DNA of 59,038 nt, filler included, from Ionaspis alba (lineage: Eukaryota): NCBI GenBank assembly GCA_964255285.1. It is 3 parts of 3 records of this genome, joined end to end, with 100 filler letters (N's around TTAATTAATTAA, not from the genome) between each part and the next. Parts side by side here need not be neighbours in the genome. Positions count along the whole stretch, not along the records: positions 19,774 to 39,366 come from CAXUUL010000262.1; positions 39,467 to 59,038 come from CAXUUL010000263.1; 1 more part is not named here. One strand, written 5' to 3'. The position numbers and the translations under genes are program-made. The notes below the pieces were generated by a model. The model ran no database searches. It saw only the letters and a program-made list of their open reading frames with translations, and was not told where the DNA came from. This document shows positions 26,390-39,508 of the stretch, one piece after another. How positions within the stretch are numbered: position 1 is the stretch's first letter; the number at the start of each line of letters is the position of its first letter.

Positions 26390-27060
26390 TTGGTTTGGGG
26401 AAAAGGTAGAGAAACAGCATCAAGTACTCTACGTCTTTGTCTCCTATACATCAGCACTCGGCGGATAAAGACATCACAGTAGAGGCCTCCGGGACAGTAG
26501 AGTGTGCATATAAGAATGCAAATAGAAGAGACGCTTTGGATAACCAGGAGAGGGTGGATGGTTTGCAACGTCGTTTGGGCGCGGTTCCCAATACAGGGGA
26601 TGTTGGTATCAAGCATGAACTTGGCCAAAGGCTGACCGGACTTCTGCGCAGATCAGCAATGCTAGAAGCTCCCCCAGCGGTCTGATTGTAGGCGTCGGGG
26701 ATCAAGAGCTCTGAGGTCCCACCATTATTGAGATCGATGGCAAGAAGAATCGAGCAGGTCGAGTCTCCGAGGTAGAGAATTCCAGCACTTTACCCTATTA
26801 AGAATAGCGCCAAAAGCCTTTGTTGACTTTCGCGACCTGCACCGAAGAACTACAATGACAATTGAGCATTGCAGGCCGGCGCACCCTCGCCCATTGCCTG
26901 CTCACACGCTTGGGTGCTACCTTCCTCTGTGTTGAACTTTCAAGCATGTTCTGACTCTCAGTCATGGTCTCTATGCAGACTGCGACGCGTTATTTCTTGC
27001 TTACACGTACTAATACCTTCCCTGCAAAAGCGGAGAGATCGAAATCGAGCACTCATTATC

Positions 27061-30000
27061 ATGACACTCTCCGGTGGAAGTGGTCCGCAGAGACGCGGAA
27101 ATCTGTTTTCCAGAGATTCCACCTCTCCGTCCCCTTTACCTTCGACCATTGGAGCACGACCCAAGTCTATGGCTCTAGTTCCTACCCAACCAGCCTCGAG
27201 TTCTCAAGGACACCATCGCCATCAATCGTTCTCGAGTCCTGGTGGATCTAGTCTTGTCCCTCCCCGAATGTCAAGACAAAGATCTGGCTCTAACCGAAGC
27301 ATCAATCAATTGTCAAGCACGTTTGCGCCCAGATTTATTAAGGCAGAAGAATTAGAAAGAGAAACAGAGACCGTTCGTGGTATTGAGGGTGAAAATGACT
27401 TTTCGGGGAAGAGATATGTCTGGGTTCGAGATCCACAAGTAGCATTTGTGAAAGGATGGGTTGTGGAAGAGCTTGTCGATAATACTCTATTGGTCCAATG
27501 CGATGATGGCAGTGTATGATACCTGCTGAATTTCCCGTTAGATCTGAGGAAGCTTATCATTCTTCTAGCAACGGAATTTTCACTCAGAGAGCGTCGATAA
27601 GGTCAATCCAGCCAAGTTCGATAAGGCTGATGATATGGCCGAGCTCACGCATCTGAACGAAGCATCTGTGGTACACAATTTGCACATGAGATACCAAGCA
27701 GATCTTATTTATGTAAGTCTGAGAATAATAAAGGACTTCGAGGCACACGCTTATATCGGTGACAGACATACTCCGGCTTGTTTCTCGTTACCGTCAATCC
27801 ATACTGCTTACTACCAATCTATTCCAACGAGTATGTCAAGATGTACAAAGGATGCAGCAGAGAAGACACAAAACCGCACATCTTCGCAATGGCTGACGGT
27901 GCCTTCCGAAACTTGGTCGAAGAAGGAGAGAATCAGAGTATCCTGGTCACGTACGTGTCTCAGAAGATTTCCCGTCACAGCAGTGCCACTAATCGCAATT
28001 GAAGGGGTGAATCTGGAGCAGGTAAAACCGAGAACACCAAGAAAGTGATTCAATATCTCGCTGCTGTTGCTACATCTGATACCCCTACCGCTCGACCTGG
28101 AGTACGACAACTAGCAGACCTCTCAGAGCAGATATTAAGGGCGAATCCGATATTGGAGGCTTTCGGCAATGCACAGACGGTTCGCAACAACAACTCATCC
28201 CGGTTCGGTAAATTCATACGTATAGAGTTCACAAGGTCTGGACAGATAGCTGGGGCCTTTGTTGACTGGTACCTATTGGAAAAGTCCCGAGTGGTGAAGC
28301 TGAATTCGACGGAGAGAAATTACCATGTCTTCTATCAGCTCCTCCGAGGAGCAAATCGTCAGATGAAAGTAGACTTTCTACTCGAGGACCTGGACGTGGG
28401 AGACTTCACATACACGAAGTATGGTAACGATACCATTGCGGGCATCTCCGATAAAGACGAATGGAACTCCCTGATCGAAGCTTTTCACATTATGGGGTTC
28501 TCGGAGGAGGAGCAGACTGCGATTCTCCAAACAGTGTCGGCTGTCCTCCACCTTGGAAACGTCTCGGTTATGCAAGAGAGCCTGAGAGTGGACCAAGCAA
28601 GCTTGACAGTGGAAGCAAAGACGCACGCTCAAAAGGTGTGTCAGCTGCTTGGTGTATCTTCCGACGCCTTCACTAAAGGCCTTTTACATCCTATGGTAAA
28701 GGCAGGCAGAGAATGGGTCGAGAAGGTTCAGACCCCTGATCAGGTAAGAGCCAGCATTGATGCTCTCGCGAAAGGCATCTATGAGAGGACGTTTGGGGAC
28801 TTGGTGAATCGTATCAATCGTCAGCTCGACCGGAAAAGTATGGGTCTCGATGATTCTCACTTCATTGGAGTTCTCGATATCGCCGGATTTGAGATCTTTG
28901 ACAACAATAGCTTCGAACAGCTTTGCATCAACTATACAAACGAAAAGCTACAACAGTTTTTCAATCACCACATGTTTGTCTTGGAACAAGAAGAATACGC
29001 ACGAGAACAGATAGAATGGAAGTTCATCGATTTTGGCAAGGACCTCCAACCCACGATCGACCTTATCGAATTGCCGAATCCAATTGGTATCTTCTCGTGC
29101 TTGGATGAGGACTCGGTCATGCCCAAGGCTACCGACAAGTCATTTACCGAAAAATTGCACTCGTTGTGGGATCGCAAAACTGCGAAATACCATCCGTCAC
29201 GTTTGAGCCAAGGTTTCATTCTCACACATTATGCTGCCGAGGTTGAATACTCTACTGTCGGATGGCTGGAGAAGAACAAAGACCCTTTGAACGAGAACGT
29301 TACTCGATTGTTGGCTGCTTCTACCCACAAACACATTGCTACGCTCTTCTCCGACTGCGCTGACCAGGACGATGAGATAGGTCCTGGACGCAATCGAGTC
29401 AAAAAGGGTTTATTTAGAACTGTCGCACAAAGACACAAGGAGCAGCTTGCCAGTTTGATGAAGCAGCTTCATTCGACCCATCCCCATTTTGTGCGTTGTA
29501 TTTTGCCCAACCACAAGAAGAGGCCCAAGCAGTTCCATGCACCTCTTGTGCTTGATCAGCTGCGCTGCAATGGTGTGCTCGAAGGCATAAGAATAGCCCG
29601 TACCGGGTTTCCGAACCGATTGTCCTTCTCCGAGTTTCGCCAGCGCTATGAGGTGCTGTGTCGCAACATGCCGAAAGGCTATTTAGAAGGCCAAGATGCT
29701 ACACAGACCATTCTCGACAAGTTAAATATGGACAGAGCTTGGTATCGTGTGGGACTCACCAAGGTCTTCTTCCGAGCAGGTGTCCTAGCTGAACTCGAAG
29801 AGCAACGCGATAACCTGATCCGGGAGATAATGTCAAGGTTTCAATCAATAGCCCGCGGATTCACACAAAGAAGGATCGCAAACAAGCGTCTCTATCGAGC
29901 GGAAGCTACTCGAATTATCCAGCATAACTTTCATGTTTACCTTGATTTGACCAACAATCCTTGGTGGAGGCTATTGGTTCGCATGAGACCGCTTTTGGGA

Positions 30001-33000
30001 GCTACGAAGACAGCCAATGAAGTGAAGAAGCGAGATGAGGCGATTCAAAAACTCCAAGAGAAAATGCAAAAGGAGAGTATTGATCGCCAGAAGCTCGAGG
30101 ACGAGAGGAGGCGTGCCGATACTGAAGTGCAACGAATCCAGCAGACACTCGAGAGCGAACGCGCATTAGCATTAGACAAAGAAGAGATATTCAAGCGTTT
30201 ACAGCAACGAGAAGCAGACCTTTCGGAGAAGCTTGCTGGCACTATTGAGGACCAGGAACATCTTGAAGATCAACTCGATGATCTGATTGATGCCAGGAAA
30301 AAAGCCGAAGATCAAGCTAATAAGTGGCGTTTGCAGCTCGAACAGGCTGGGATCATTATCACCCGACTGGAGCAGGAGAAGGGACAATTGGTCTTGCAAA
30401 TCAACGAGCTTGACGGACGTTTACAGGATATTGATCGAATTCGTTCTGCAAACGCCGAGCAAACCGAAAACCTTGTCAGGGACAATAGAATGCTCGAGAG
30501 TCAATTGCATCTTCAAGAGCGAAAAGTTTCAGACCTTGAGAGCAAACTGCTCAAGACGGATCAAGATCTCGATGTCAAGCTGGCCAGCACAACCAAAAGT
30601 CTACAAGGATCCCAAAAGCAGGCCAAGGAGCTTCTCGATGAGAACCGCCAGATTCGGCAACAGCTGTCCGAACTTTCAGCTACATCCACCGTGTACGAGG
30701 ACATAGTCCGTCGGAAGGAAAGCGAGATCGCAGTACTCAAGTCAGATACCAAACGCTTCGAGGCAGAAAAAAAATCCATCGAATCGGAGAAGGCCAACCT
30801 AGTTTCTCGACACGATAATATGCAGAATCGTCTTCGCGAAGTACAAGCACAGGCAGACGCGATGAAATCGCACGGTGCTCAATTAGAGCGTGAGGCTGCT
30901 GATGCCAAGAAGCTTCTTGAGGCGAAGCTTACCGAAGACGCCCAATTGGGAAACAGCAGAAGGATGCTTGACGACCAAATCAAACATCTAAAGGAACAGC
31001 TCTTCCAACTAGAAACTGACCTAAGCCGCGAGCGTCAATCTCGGGACGACGTTCGTATGCTGGGTGACCACAAGCTATCTAGCTTGAAGGAAGAATACGA
31101 CCAGCTGAACGAGTCCAAGATCACTATCGAGAAAGAACTGTACGTCCAGCAAGATACTCTGAGACGTGCGATAGAGGCTCGCAACTCAGCAGAGCAAGGT
31201 CGCAAGGAGCTTCAGTCAGAGCTTAAGCGACTCCGAGACCGCTTCAACGAAGTTGAAGCATCGAGAATGCAAGCAGAGGTAGCTACGGAAAGAGCATTAT
31301 CAAGACGAGCCAATGAACGACAGGCCAGCATCAGAAAGGAGCTAGATATCAAGAGCACACAGCTTGATGAAGCCCAGCTAGCTAGAGATCGTCTGACCGC
31401 CGAAGTGCAAAGCCTCAACTCGTTGATAGCCGATTCCGAAAATTTCCGCACTCATCATGATCAGCATAAGGAACGTCTTGAACGAGAGTTAGTCACCGTG
31501 AAGGGTCGCCTGACGGCTTCTGAGAACGACAACAAGGCGCTCCTCAATAAAATTCAGCAAAAGAATCTAGATATTGCTAGAAGTAATTCCAAAATGGGAG
31601 ATACGCAACGATCGCGGCTTCTACAATTGCAGAACGAAAAGACGAGACTGGAAGAGGAGAACAAGAAAATATCCCGGCATCTCAACGACGCTCAGCTCTC
31701 ACTGGCTTCTTTGGAAAAACAAAAAGCAAAGCTTACGCTGAGCTTGGAAGATCTTAATCACGAGGTTGCGCGGGAGCACAGGGTCAGCCGAAGTGCTGAG
31801 AAGACATCGTCAACAGTCAGTCTTCAATTAGCGGAGGCCAACCGAAGTCTTGAGACAGAGCGGCAGCTCAAAACTCAAGCGCAAGCCAATACACGAAAAC
31901 TTCAGGCACACATCGATGAGCAAAGCAAGGAGATCCAACAGTGCCATCAACATTTAATCCTCCTCCAAAAAGTTTTTGATCCGGAGATGAAAGAGCTCCC
32001 TACTACTTGGGAGACAACGCAGCCGCGATTGTCTGAATCCATCGATCTGGCTCATGAGCTTGAAGTGGTCCTGCAGGCTCTTCGAGTTTCTGAGGAGAAA
32101 TTGATGAGGGCGGAGACTCAGCTGGGAGATACACGACGAAGGTATGAAGATGATCTTACTGAAATTGACGCTCGACATTCAACATCAAAGCGCCACCTGC
32201 TAGAAGAGATCAACCAGAACACAATACATCATAATCGGTCGCCTACGCATATCAGAAAGGGGTCCGACCTCAAACCGGTGTCTAATATCTCAACGCCTGA
32301 CCGCCGTCAGATCAGCAACAACACTCATGATTCTGGCCGATCCGATCGTACTATTGATACTGTCGCTTACAATAAGCGCATGGATCTGGCTGGCGAGCTC
32401 GAAATGGTACAGAATCAACTGCAGATGACTGAAATGCAAAACAGACATCTTAAGAGTCAGCTTGGGCGTTCAACACCGGTCAGAGATACGTGGCTAGATG
32501 AAAGTCCTTCTGTCAGACGTGTTCAGAAACTGGAAAAAGAGAACAGCCGCCTCCATGAGAAGCTTGATGACTCTGCCAAAAAAGTGTCTGCATTAGAAAG
32601 AAGTTTACATTCCGGCGAGCTTTCTCTGCGGGACGTGCAAGCAAAGTCTCACGAAGAATTATACGATCTCCTGAACTCTCAGGAAAGTTCACGAAAGTCG
32701 CTACTCCATACACACAACAGTACGATCGCTGAACTAGCTGATGCCAAAGCACACTTCGACAGCGTCAAGAACGCCAAAGCCTCACTAGAAGTTGAACTGC
32801 GAGATGCAAGGTCTGAACTGCAAGAAGTGACACTCGCTAGTGAACACGAAGCTGCAAGTCGAAGCCAACTTCTGCAAGAGTTCTCCGACCTCCAGATCAG
32901 ACTTGACGCAGAAACATCTAAGCTTCTTGATGTAAGTTCAAGTCTGAATCTGTACAAGGGACGTGCAAATGAGTACTACAGCAAGCTGGAACAAGCTGAG

Positions 33001-34493
33001 ATAGCAGTGCTCAAGGCCTCAAGAGCCGAGCAGTTTGCTAAGACGCAGGCCCGTGAGGCTGAGGACACGTGTGCGACCATCATGTCTGAAAGAAAGCAAA
33101 TGGACGCCCTAGTCGAAGATCTGCAGCGGCAGGTTCAAAGTTATGAGGAGAAGGTGGAAGATTTGGCCGCCGACCTGGACGGTGCCACCCAAGCCAAGAA
33201 GCGGCTGCAGCACGAACTAGAAGATTATAGGAGCCAACGGGCGATGGATGTGGAAGACAAGGAAATATCCATGGAACAGACACGCAAGAAGTATCAGAAC
33301 GAGTTCTCTACTTTGACAAACGAGTTAGAGATTGAGCGGGAAAACGTGATCCACGCTCGTTCCGAGAATACCCACCTCAGAGAGGAGTTGGAGGAACTCA
33401 GGTCTAAATGGGATGACGAGGTCCTGAACAGCTCTACTTGGGCGAAGGAGAAGGCAAGGTTAGAGATGACACTCCAAGATCTGTCCACATCACGGGAGGA
33501 AGCCGTCAGTGCTCACAACGATGCACAAGGCAAAATCGTCTCGCTTTTGTCTCAAGTTCGCAACCTCCGCACCTCCACAGATGACCTGTCAGCGGAGCGG
33601 GATTTTCTCATTAAGGAGAAACGAGGTCTCGAGGCACGTCTTGCCGAAGCTGGTGGTCGACTCGAAGATCTAGCTCGTGGCGAGAGTCCCTCAATGCGGA
33701 ATGCCGCGGGGATGGACCGTGAGTTGCTTGGTCTCAAATCTGAGCTTGCTCAGAAAGAGGACGTTGCAGAAGCAGCAATTGGCAAGATGAGGAGGGCTGA
33801 AGCTCTGGCAATGGAGATGCAGAAAGACGTCGTCGCTGAGAGGGAAACGAACGTCAGCCTGCATCGCGAGAAAGCGACTTTGGAGAAGAGTGTCAAGGAT
33901 CTGCAAGGTCGGGTCGTCGAGCTAGAGACCAAAGGTTTCTCGAGCGCGAGCCAAGACGTTAGATTCCTGAACGGTAGAATAAAAGAGGTGAGTTTCCTTT
34001 CCTATTCGTTTCCAGCAAGCAACGCTGATATGAAGGCTTGCAGCTTGAGAAACAGCTCGAAGACCAAGAGTCGGCACAGTCTTTTACTGCACGCTCGGCC
34101 CGCAACATTGATCGAACGGTCCGCGATCTTCAATCTCAAATTGACCGTCGCGACAAACAGAATTTGCAGCTGTCCGGTGACATATCCAAATCCCGTGACA
34201 AAATCGAGCGCCTCCTAGCCACCATTGATGAGTTGCAGTCCGAAGACTCCAAGAATCAGCTTGCAGCTCGGCGTGCGGAACGTGATCTCAGAGAAGAACG
34301 GGAGAAAGCTCTCCGGCTTGAGAGAGAGCTTGAGGGCTGGAAGAGCCTGAGAGTCGAACGTGGCCTTTTGGGGAGCGTAGCAGGGCGAGGAAGTGAAGAT
34401 GATGGCAGAAGGGTCAGTATGACTGGGAGCTTGAGGCTGGGTAAGGGAGAGGGCATCCAGAGACACATGAGTAACAGCAAAGGGTTCTTGTGA
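27061..34493 (+). CDS. MYO1: Myosin II heavy chain (class II; cytokinesis/septation), multi-exon
   Basis: SH3-like N-terminus; motor motifs GESGAGKT (spliced), [27 protein letters not shown] and [13 protein letters not shown]; long coiled-coil tail; last intron about 33988-34043. Confidence 0.95.
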
Positions 34494-35099
34494 CTCGATG
34501 GTCCATCATTATAGTGAGCATGTTTTGGCGTCCAAGTGAAAGCATGGGCTGGGTGTTCGGGAGAGCTTCGGATGCGGTTGTGGTGCAACGTACGGCTGGT
34601 GTATGTGTATATGGACAGCGAAAAATTATTAATGCCGCACTGTATATCTGCTTGTTTTGTGTCACTTGGTGAAGCTTACTTGACGTGTATACCCTTACAT
34701 GTTGCCCTGACGTTGGAGCGGGAGAGCCGTTTGTAGCCTAGCTCGTTTGACTTGCACTGAGAGATAATTGCTTGAGAATGTTGATGACGTTAATGAGATC
34801 CTAACAAACGAAGATTAGGAGTCAAGATGACTTTGGTGGCCACATCCTTTTTGGTTCCTATGCTGAGCTAGAACGTGCTGGTACAGCGACGAAAAGACAG
34901 CAAGTTGCATCAAAGTTGTGTTTACGGTTGTGCCCATGCTAGCATTTTTTCTCCTGAAAGGCATTCGAAATAGTACGAACAGATTGAGGACCAGAGACGA
35001 CTCAACAGGCCTTCAGCAGGAGAATAGAAGCAAGGAGAATGGGCTGGAGAACCGAAGTCTTTGTACCAAATTTTCAGAGTGTGGCCACCCATGATCTGA

Positions 35100-37096
35100 T
35101 CACTTCCCCCCACGGGAAAGCCCATGATTTGGTCCTATCTTGGGGATGTTTGGACTTGCCACTACTCCAATCGTGGCTTTCCCGGCGCCAATTCTGATTC
35201 CCTGCTCCCCGAACTTCTTCACGCTCTCAGGGCTTATCGTACTAGACAGATTTCCACGCTCTTTCTGCCCCTTGTTCGCTCTTAGCAATGGACCCGATGG
35301 GTTTGTGCCTATTGAACTTGGGCTAGGTACATTACTCGCGCCATCGAGTGAGAGGGAAGTCAGGTCTGTTGATGAGGCGGAGGGAGGAGGTAGTCGCTCA
35401 TGGTCTGAGTCTGGTACAAACCCTAAAAGCTTGTTGCGAGAAGTCTTTCTGGTCGTTGTGACATGGAATCCTGCGTCGGTAGATGGGGAGTTGGTTTCGT
35501 CTTCCGAATACTCAGACGAATGACCTAGTAGGAGGTGGCCATCTTTTCGGTTTCCCAATCCGAAAGCAGGGCTCTGTAAATGATCTCTGCCAGCGTGTTC
35601 TTCTAATGCAGAGAAGACGTGGGGAAACACTAGCAAGCCCACTTCTTCCGCCCACAAGAAGTCTAGGTGTTCGAAGTGCCGAATCTCTTTCGCAATAGTA
35701 TGGCGCGGTAGCTCTTTGAGCATAACCTTAATGTCAACCAGGCTGTCACTTCCTCCATATACAAGAACTATTGGAGTCTTGATATTGCGAGTCGGAAACT
35801 TTGCGACTTTGTAATAGCGGTCACTGGCGCCAAGGCTTAGCGGAGCTTGGACATCATCATCGTACATTTGGAAGCATTTGTTTCGGATAATCTGAAACCA
35901 GTGAACAACGCTTTTTGTGCTTGTAAATGAGTACAGATGAGGGTAGGCAGCAAGCTTTTGAGATGCGCTTATGTTCCGAGCTTTCCAGCCGAAAAGAAAG
36001 CCCAAAGACATGTCGATGAGACGGGTGAATATTGGTGGATAAAACAGTGCCTGCCACATAGTAGTAGAGGATAGTATGCTCCGACGACCGAAAGCAAGGA
36101 ATATAACCTCTGGACTAGCTTTGACAAGGGAGTCAACGATTCCATTAGAAAGGCCAGCAGGAGACATGGCAGGAGCTAGGGCAATAAAGACATCAACTTT
36201 GTCGTTGAGGGTAGGATGGATCGATAGGCTCGCAAATGCCTGAGCAGTTCCCTGTGAGAAGCCAACGTACGATAGAGAGGGCTGACGCGTCGTTTCGAGG
36301 ATGTAGCCAATGCTGTCTGGGATGTCATGAAAGGCAAATTGATCTATGGAAAAGTTCCAGAAATCTGAGGAATTTGGCGAGAACCGAGTCGATTTCTTCG
36401 AATATTTGTTGCCACGATTGTTCCCTAACTACATACTTTAAGCATTGTTCTCTCGTAAAAAGGGGATTGCTATTCCTGACCCAAACATCATATCCCTTCT
36501 CAACGAGCATGAATGGAAGACATCTTTCGCGCTCTGTCAAGCATACCCAGATCTCGCTGTTCATCATGAGGCCGTGATGAAGATATACTACTTTTTTCCG
36601 AATGCTCCCTTCTCCAGCGTTCACCCGGAGGTCCTCCTCTCCCCGCTTCCATCCCAAGCGGTGGAGACCTAAAAGGTACCCGTCGCCGGTTTGGACAACA
36701 TGCTCTTCAGCATAGTAGCCATACAAGGCACAGAGATCAACGAAATCGGACGAGTGAGCGATTGAGGTGACTACGGAGCGTTTCCGTGATCTTGATTGCC
36801 GTCCCTGCGGAGACGACAAGATATTGAAAAGAGCCTTGGAACGATTGTAGAAAAAGCGGATTATCGGTTGTGCTGCGTTGGTGTCAATACTCAGATTACA
36901 TAACCTTTGGGACATACTTACGTAGTCCTAAAGTGATAATTCTGATGACCGCTTCGAGGAGGATGAAGATGAAGGAGCCAAATAAAGCAAGATATTCGCG
37001 CCTAGTTCTCCTCTTGTCAACTCATGCAACGACCACCATGAGATTGGACATGTTAATTTACCAGAACAGTCTGCCAATAAAGGGTACTCGCGGCAT
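35100..37096 (-). CDS. Ab-hydrolase-associated lipase / steryl ester hydrolase (Tgl1/Yeh-like), multi-exon
   Basis: MPRVPFIGRLFW start; VQTGDGYLLGLHRL, YLHHGLMMNSEIWV, GYDVW|LGNNRG, YVGFSQGTAQ nucleophile elbow, GGSDSLVD and FEHLDFLWA. Confidence 0.88.
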
Positions 37097-37838
37097 TCTA
37101 TCTCGGAGGGGAATCCGTAAATCTTTATTCTTTCAACTGTACGTCGAAGGCCATGCTCTACAAAGGTTGAGCTGGCATCCAACATGCTTGCTTGTACCAC
37201 TGTCAATATCTAATGGTCAAGGGCAACGTCACCGCTCCAAGCATGTGAAAAGTGGATTTGTGTTTGCATCTTTTGCACTTCAGCCCTGCCGGAGGTGTAG
37301 GAGATGTTGCAAGGATCTCTGCCCCCAGTCAATCATTGTGTTGAGTCAAGTGCACAAGTGATTTGCTTCTATCGTTATGCTTCTTGTGCATCTCAAGTCC
37401 TTCTTAGCTTTCATTTTAACGCAATCGTGGCAGAAACTTTCGATGTGCCATGGTTGGAATTTGCGTTCGAGGATCAACAGGCCTCCACAGTAGTAGATGC
37501 TACTGGATACGGAATGACTGCTATCTAGAACTAACGTTCGATTGTACTAGGAGGAAGTGTCATATCGAAGTCTGACCACTGGAGTGTCTCGTCAATAGTT
37601 GCCGCGAGATGTCCATGTATATTGTCGTAATTGTTCTCCATCTACTTGTCATACCACTTCCCTCAAGCCAATCCCTCAACGTAGACTGCTTCATTCTTAG
37701 GAGTCACTCGTGACCGTAGGTAACAAGCGCAGTCTCAATTATGATAGTGTACGGCGTACCCTAATAAGACGCCAATCTGAGGAGCTATGAGGTCGTCTAT
37801 ATTTCCCAGACGTCTCCGTCGTCTTATCCACATACTCT

Positions 37839-39170
37839 TCAGTCTTTCAATGTAAGGCTTGTCAGCTCTTGAGCGACATTAGGGCTTGCTATAGATGATT
37901 GTGTCCAGGGACCTTGTCCGCACCTGTATCCTATGCCATGGCAGCTACCGCCTTCCATGCCAATACCGAGGAGTCGATTAATCACCCATTGAGCTGTCCG
38001 GGTATGCAAGCTCGCACCTCCGCCATCAACTATGGTTTTGCCACCCGCTAAAGCCTGATATACCACGAGCTGATCTTGCATGAATTCATCGACACATCCA
38101 CCATGGCCTAGCTCTATGATTAGGTCTTGCACAACCTTCGAAACCAGCCTGTTGATTGTCTTTTCCGGCCGATCTGGTTGGATCTTCTCATCGTAAAGCC
38201 AATCACGGGCAAGGCGGTATCCATTGGACGTTTCTGCCACGAGGAGCAGGTACAGTCTCTTATCGTGCTTGGAGTCCTCATCGACGGGATATAGGATATC
38301 TACATCAGGAAAGTGCTTTAAAATTTTCTCGGTCACGACGTCTCGAATCCTCGCTCGTAACGCTGCTGAGGATGCAAAGAGAGATGTATGAATTGCCACC
38401 AAGTCTCCCCTATTCTGCAAAGAGAAAGGCGCCAGAACACTCCCTGCTTCGAGCGGTACTACCTCGAATGTGACTTTTCCTACATCAGCCCGACCTGTCG
38501 ACCATCCGCGCCGGTGCAAGGTCATATTGATCGGCATAATGCCAAGCTTCGCATGTAGTATTGGGAACAAGACTTGTGATATATATTCATAGGAAGGAGA
38601 ATTGAAGACGTTCGTGCCACCTTCAATCGTAAGCCGAACCGGAGTCGGCTTGTTGGGCGTGTTGGGCTCATATGCTGCAGAAGGTATAGTGAAGAGTATG
38701 TAGGGGAGTACAGCTTGCAATATGAGAAAAATGGATCCTGGTGTTGCCAATGAAATGTGTGATTCGTGTCGGACAAGCCTTCCCGCTTCATAGATACTAT
38801 TCCAAACTCCATTGAACTCCGACCTTGGATATGCTTCGGAAAATCCTTCATTATTGCTCGTTAGGCATTCACCTCCCGTGACCTTCGCGGGTTGGAAGAT
38901 GAGGTTCCTACTCCTCATCTCGAGACCTGTGACATCCGCATTCGTAGCGTATGCAAGCCATGCCGCGCCTGCCAAATGCGCTGGCTTCATACCACCAGCC
39001 TTGCCAGGATTTGACTTTGGACCACGTTTGCCACGAATATCGGTGACATGAATTGGGATTTGAGTGAGAGAAGATATAGACAATGCAATACGTAGGAGCT
39101 GACCACCTCCCTCGAGCGTCGTACCATCAAGGTGTATGGCACTCCTCCGGTCGATGCTGTTCATCGTCAT
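37839..39170 (-). CDS. rtcA: RNA 3'-terminal phosphate cyclase (RtcA/RTCA type), intronless, 443 aa
   Basis: LDGTTLEGGGQLLRIAL, GGTNV..SPSYEY, RRGW and DEFMQDQLVVYQALAGG...ASLHTRTA, with His in the position of the adenylated His. Confidence 0.87.
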   Translation of the reverse strand: MTMNSIDRRSAIHLDGTTLEGGGQLLRIALSISSLTQIPIHVTDIRGKRGPKSNPGKAGGMKPAHLAGAAWLAYATNADVTGLEMRSRNLIFQPAKVTGGECLTSNNEGFSEAYPRSEFNGVWNSIYEAGRLVRHESHISLATPGSIFLILQAVLPYILFTIPSAAYEPNTPNKPTPVRLTIEGGTNVFNSPSYEYISQVLFPILHAKLGIMPINMTLHRRGWSTGRADVGKVTFEVVPLEAGSVLAPFSLQNRGDLVAIHTSLFASSAALRARIRDVVTEKILKHFPDVDILYPVDEDSKHDKRLYLLLVAETSNGYRLARDWLYDEKIQPDRPEKTINRLVSKVVQDLIIELGHGGCVDEFMQDQLVVYQALAGGKTIVDGGGASLHTRTAQWVINRLLGIGMEGGSCHGIGYRCGQGPWTQSSIASPNVAQELTSLTLKD

Positions 39171-39366
39171 AGTTTGAGGAGCTGCTTTAGGGAATGAGGA
39201 TGTACTACTGCGGCACGTAGTGTATAGGATATGATGTTTCTCAGTATGGGTTTACAGGTGTCGTAGACCCGTTATCGGGAGGGTGAAGACTGTGGACCTG
39301 GTAACTGACTCTACATGGTTAGGGCTCTTGGGAAGTGAGTCAGAAACCTTGATAATGCATGGGCGT

Positions 39367-39466
39367 NNNNNNNNNNNNNNNNNNNNNNNNNNNNNNNNNN
39401 NNNNNNNNNNTTAATTAATTAANNNNNNNNNNNNNNNNNNNNNNNNNNNNNNNNNNNNNNNNNNNN
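39367..39466. other. Artificial scaffold linker N44-TTAATTAATTAA-N44
   Basis: 12-mer at 39411-39422 centred in Ns; same design as the 19674-19773 linker. Confidence 0.95.
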
Positions 39467-39508
39467 CGCCATTCAGTCTCGGGAGCAGCTGCTGTGGCAG
39501 CTTCCACA

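Noticed and set aside
28050..33932. Numerous antisense ORFs within myosin, and similarly within HRD3, DUS2 and IPP1
   Set aside because: Expected shadows of codon bias in long coding regions.
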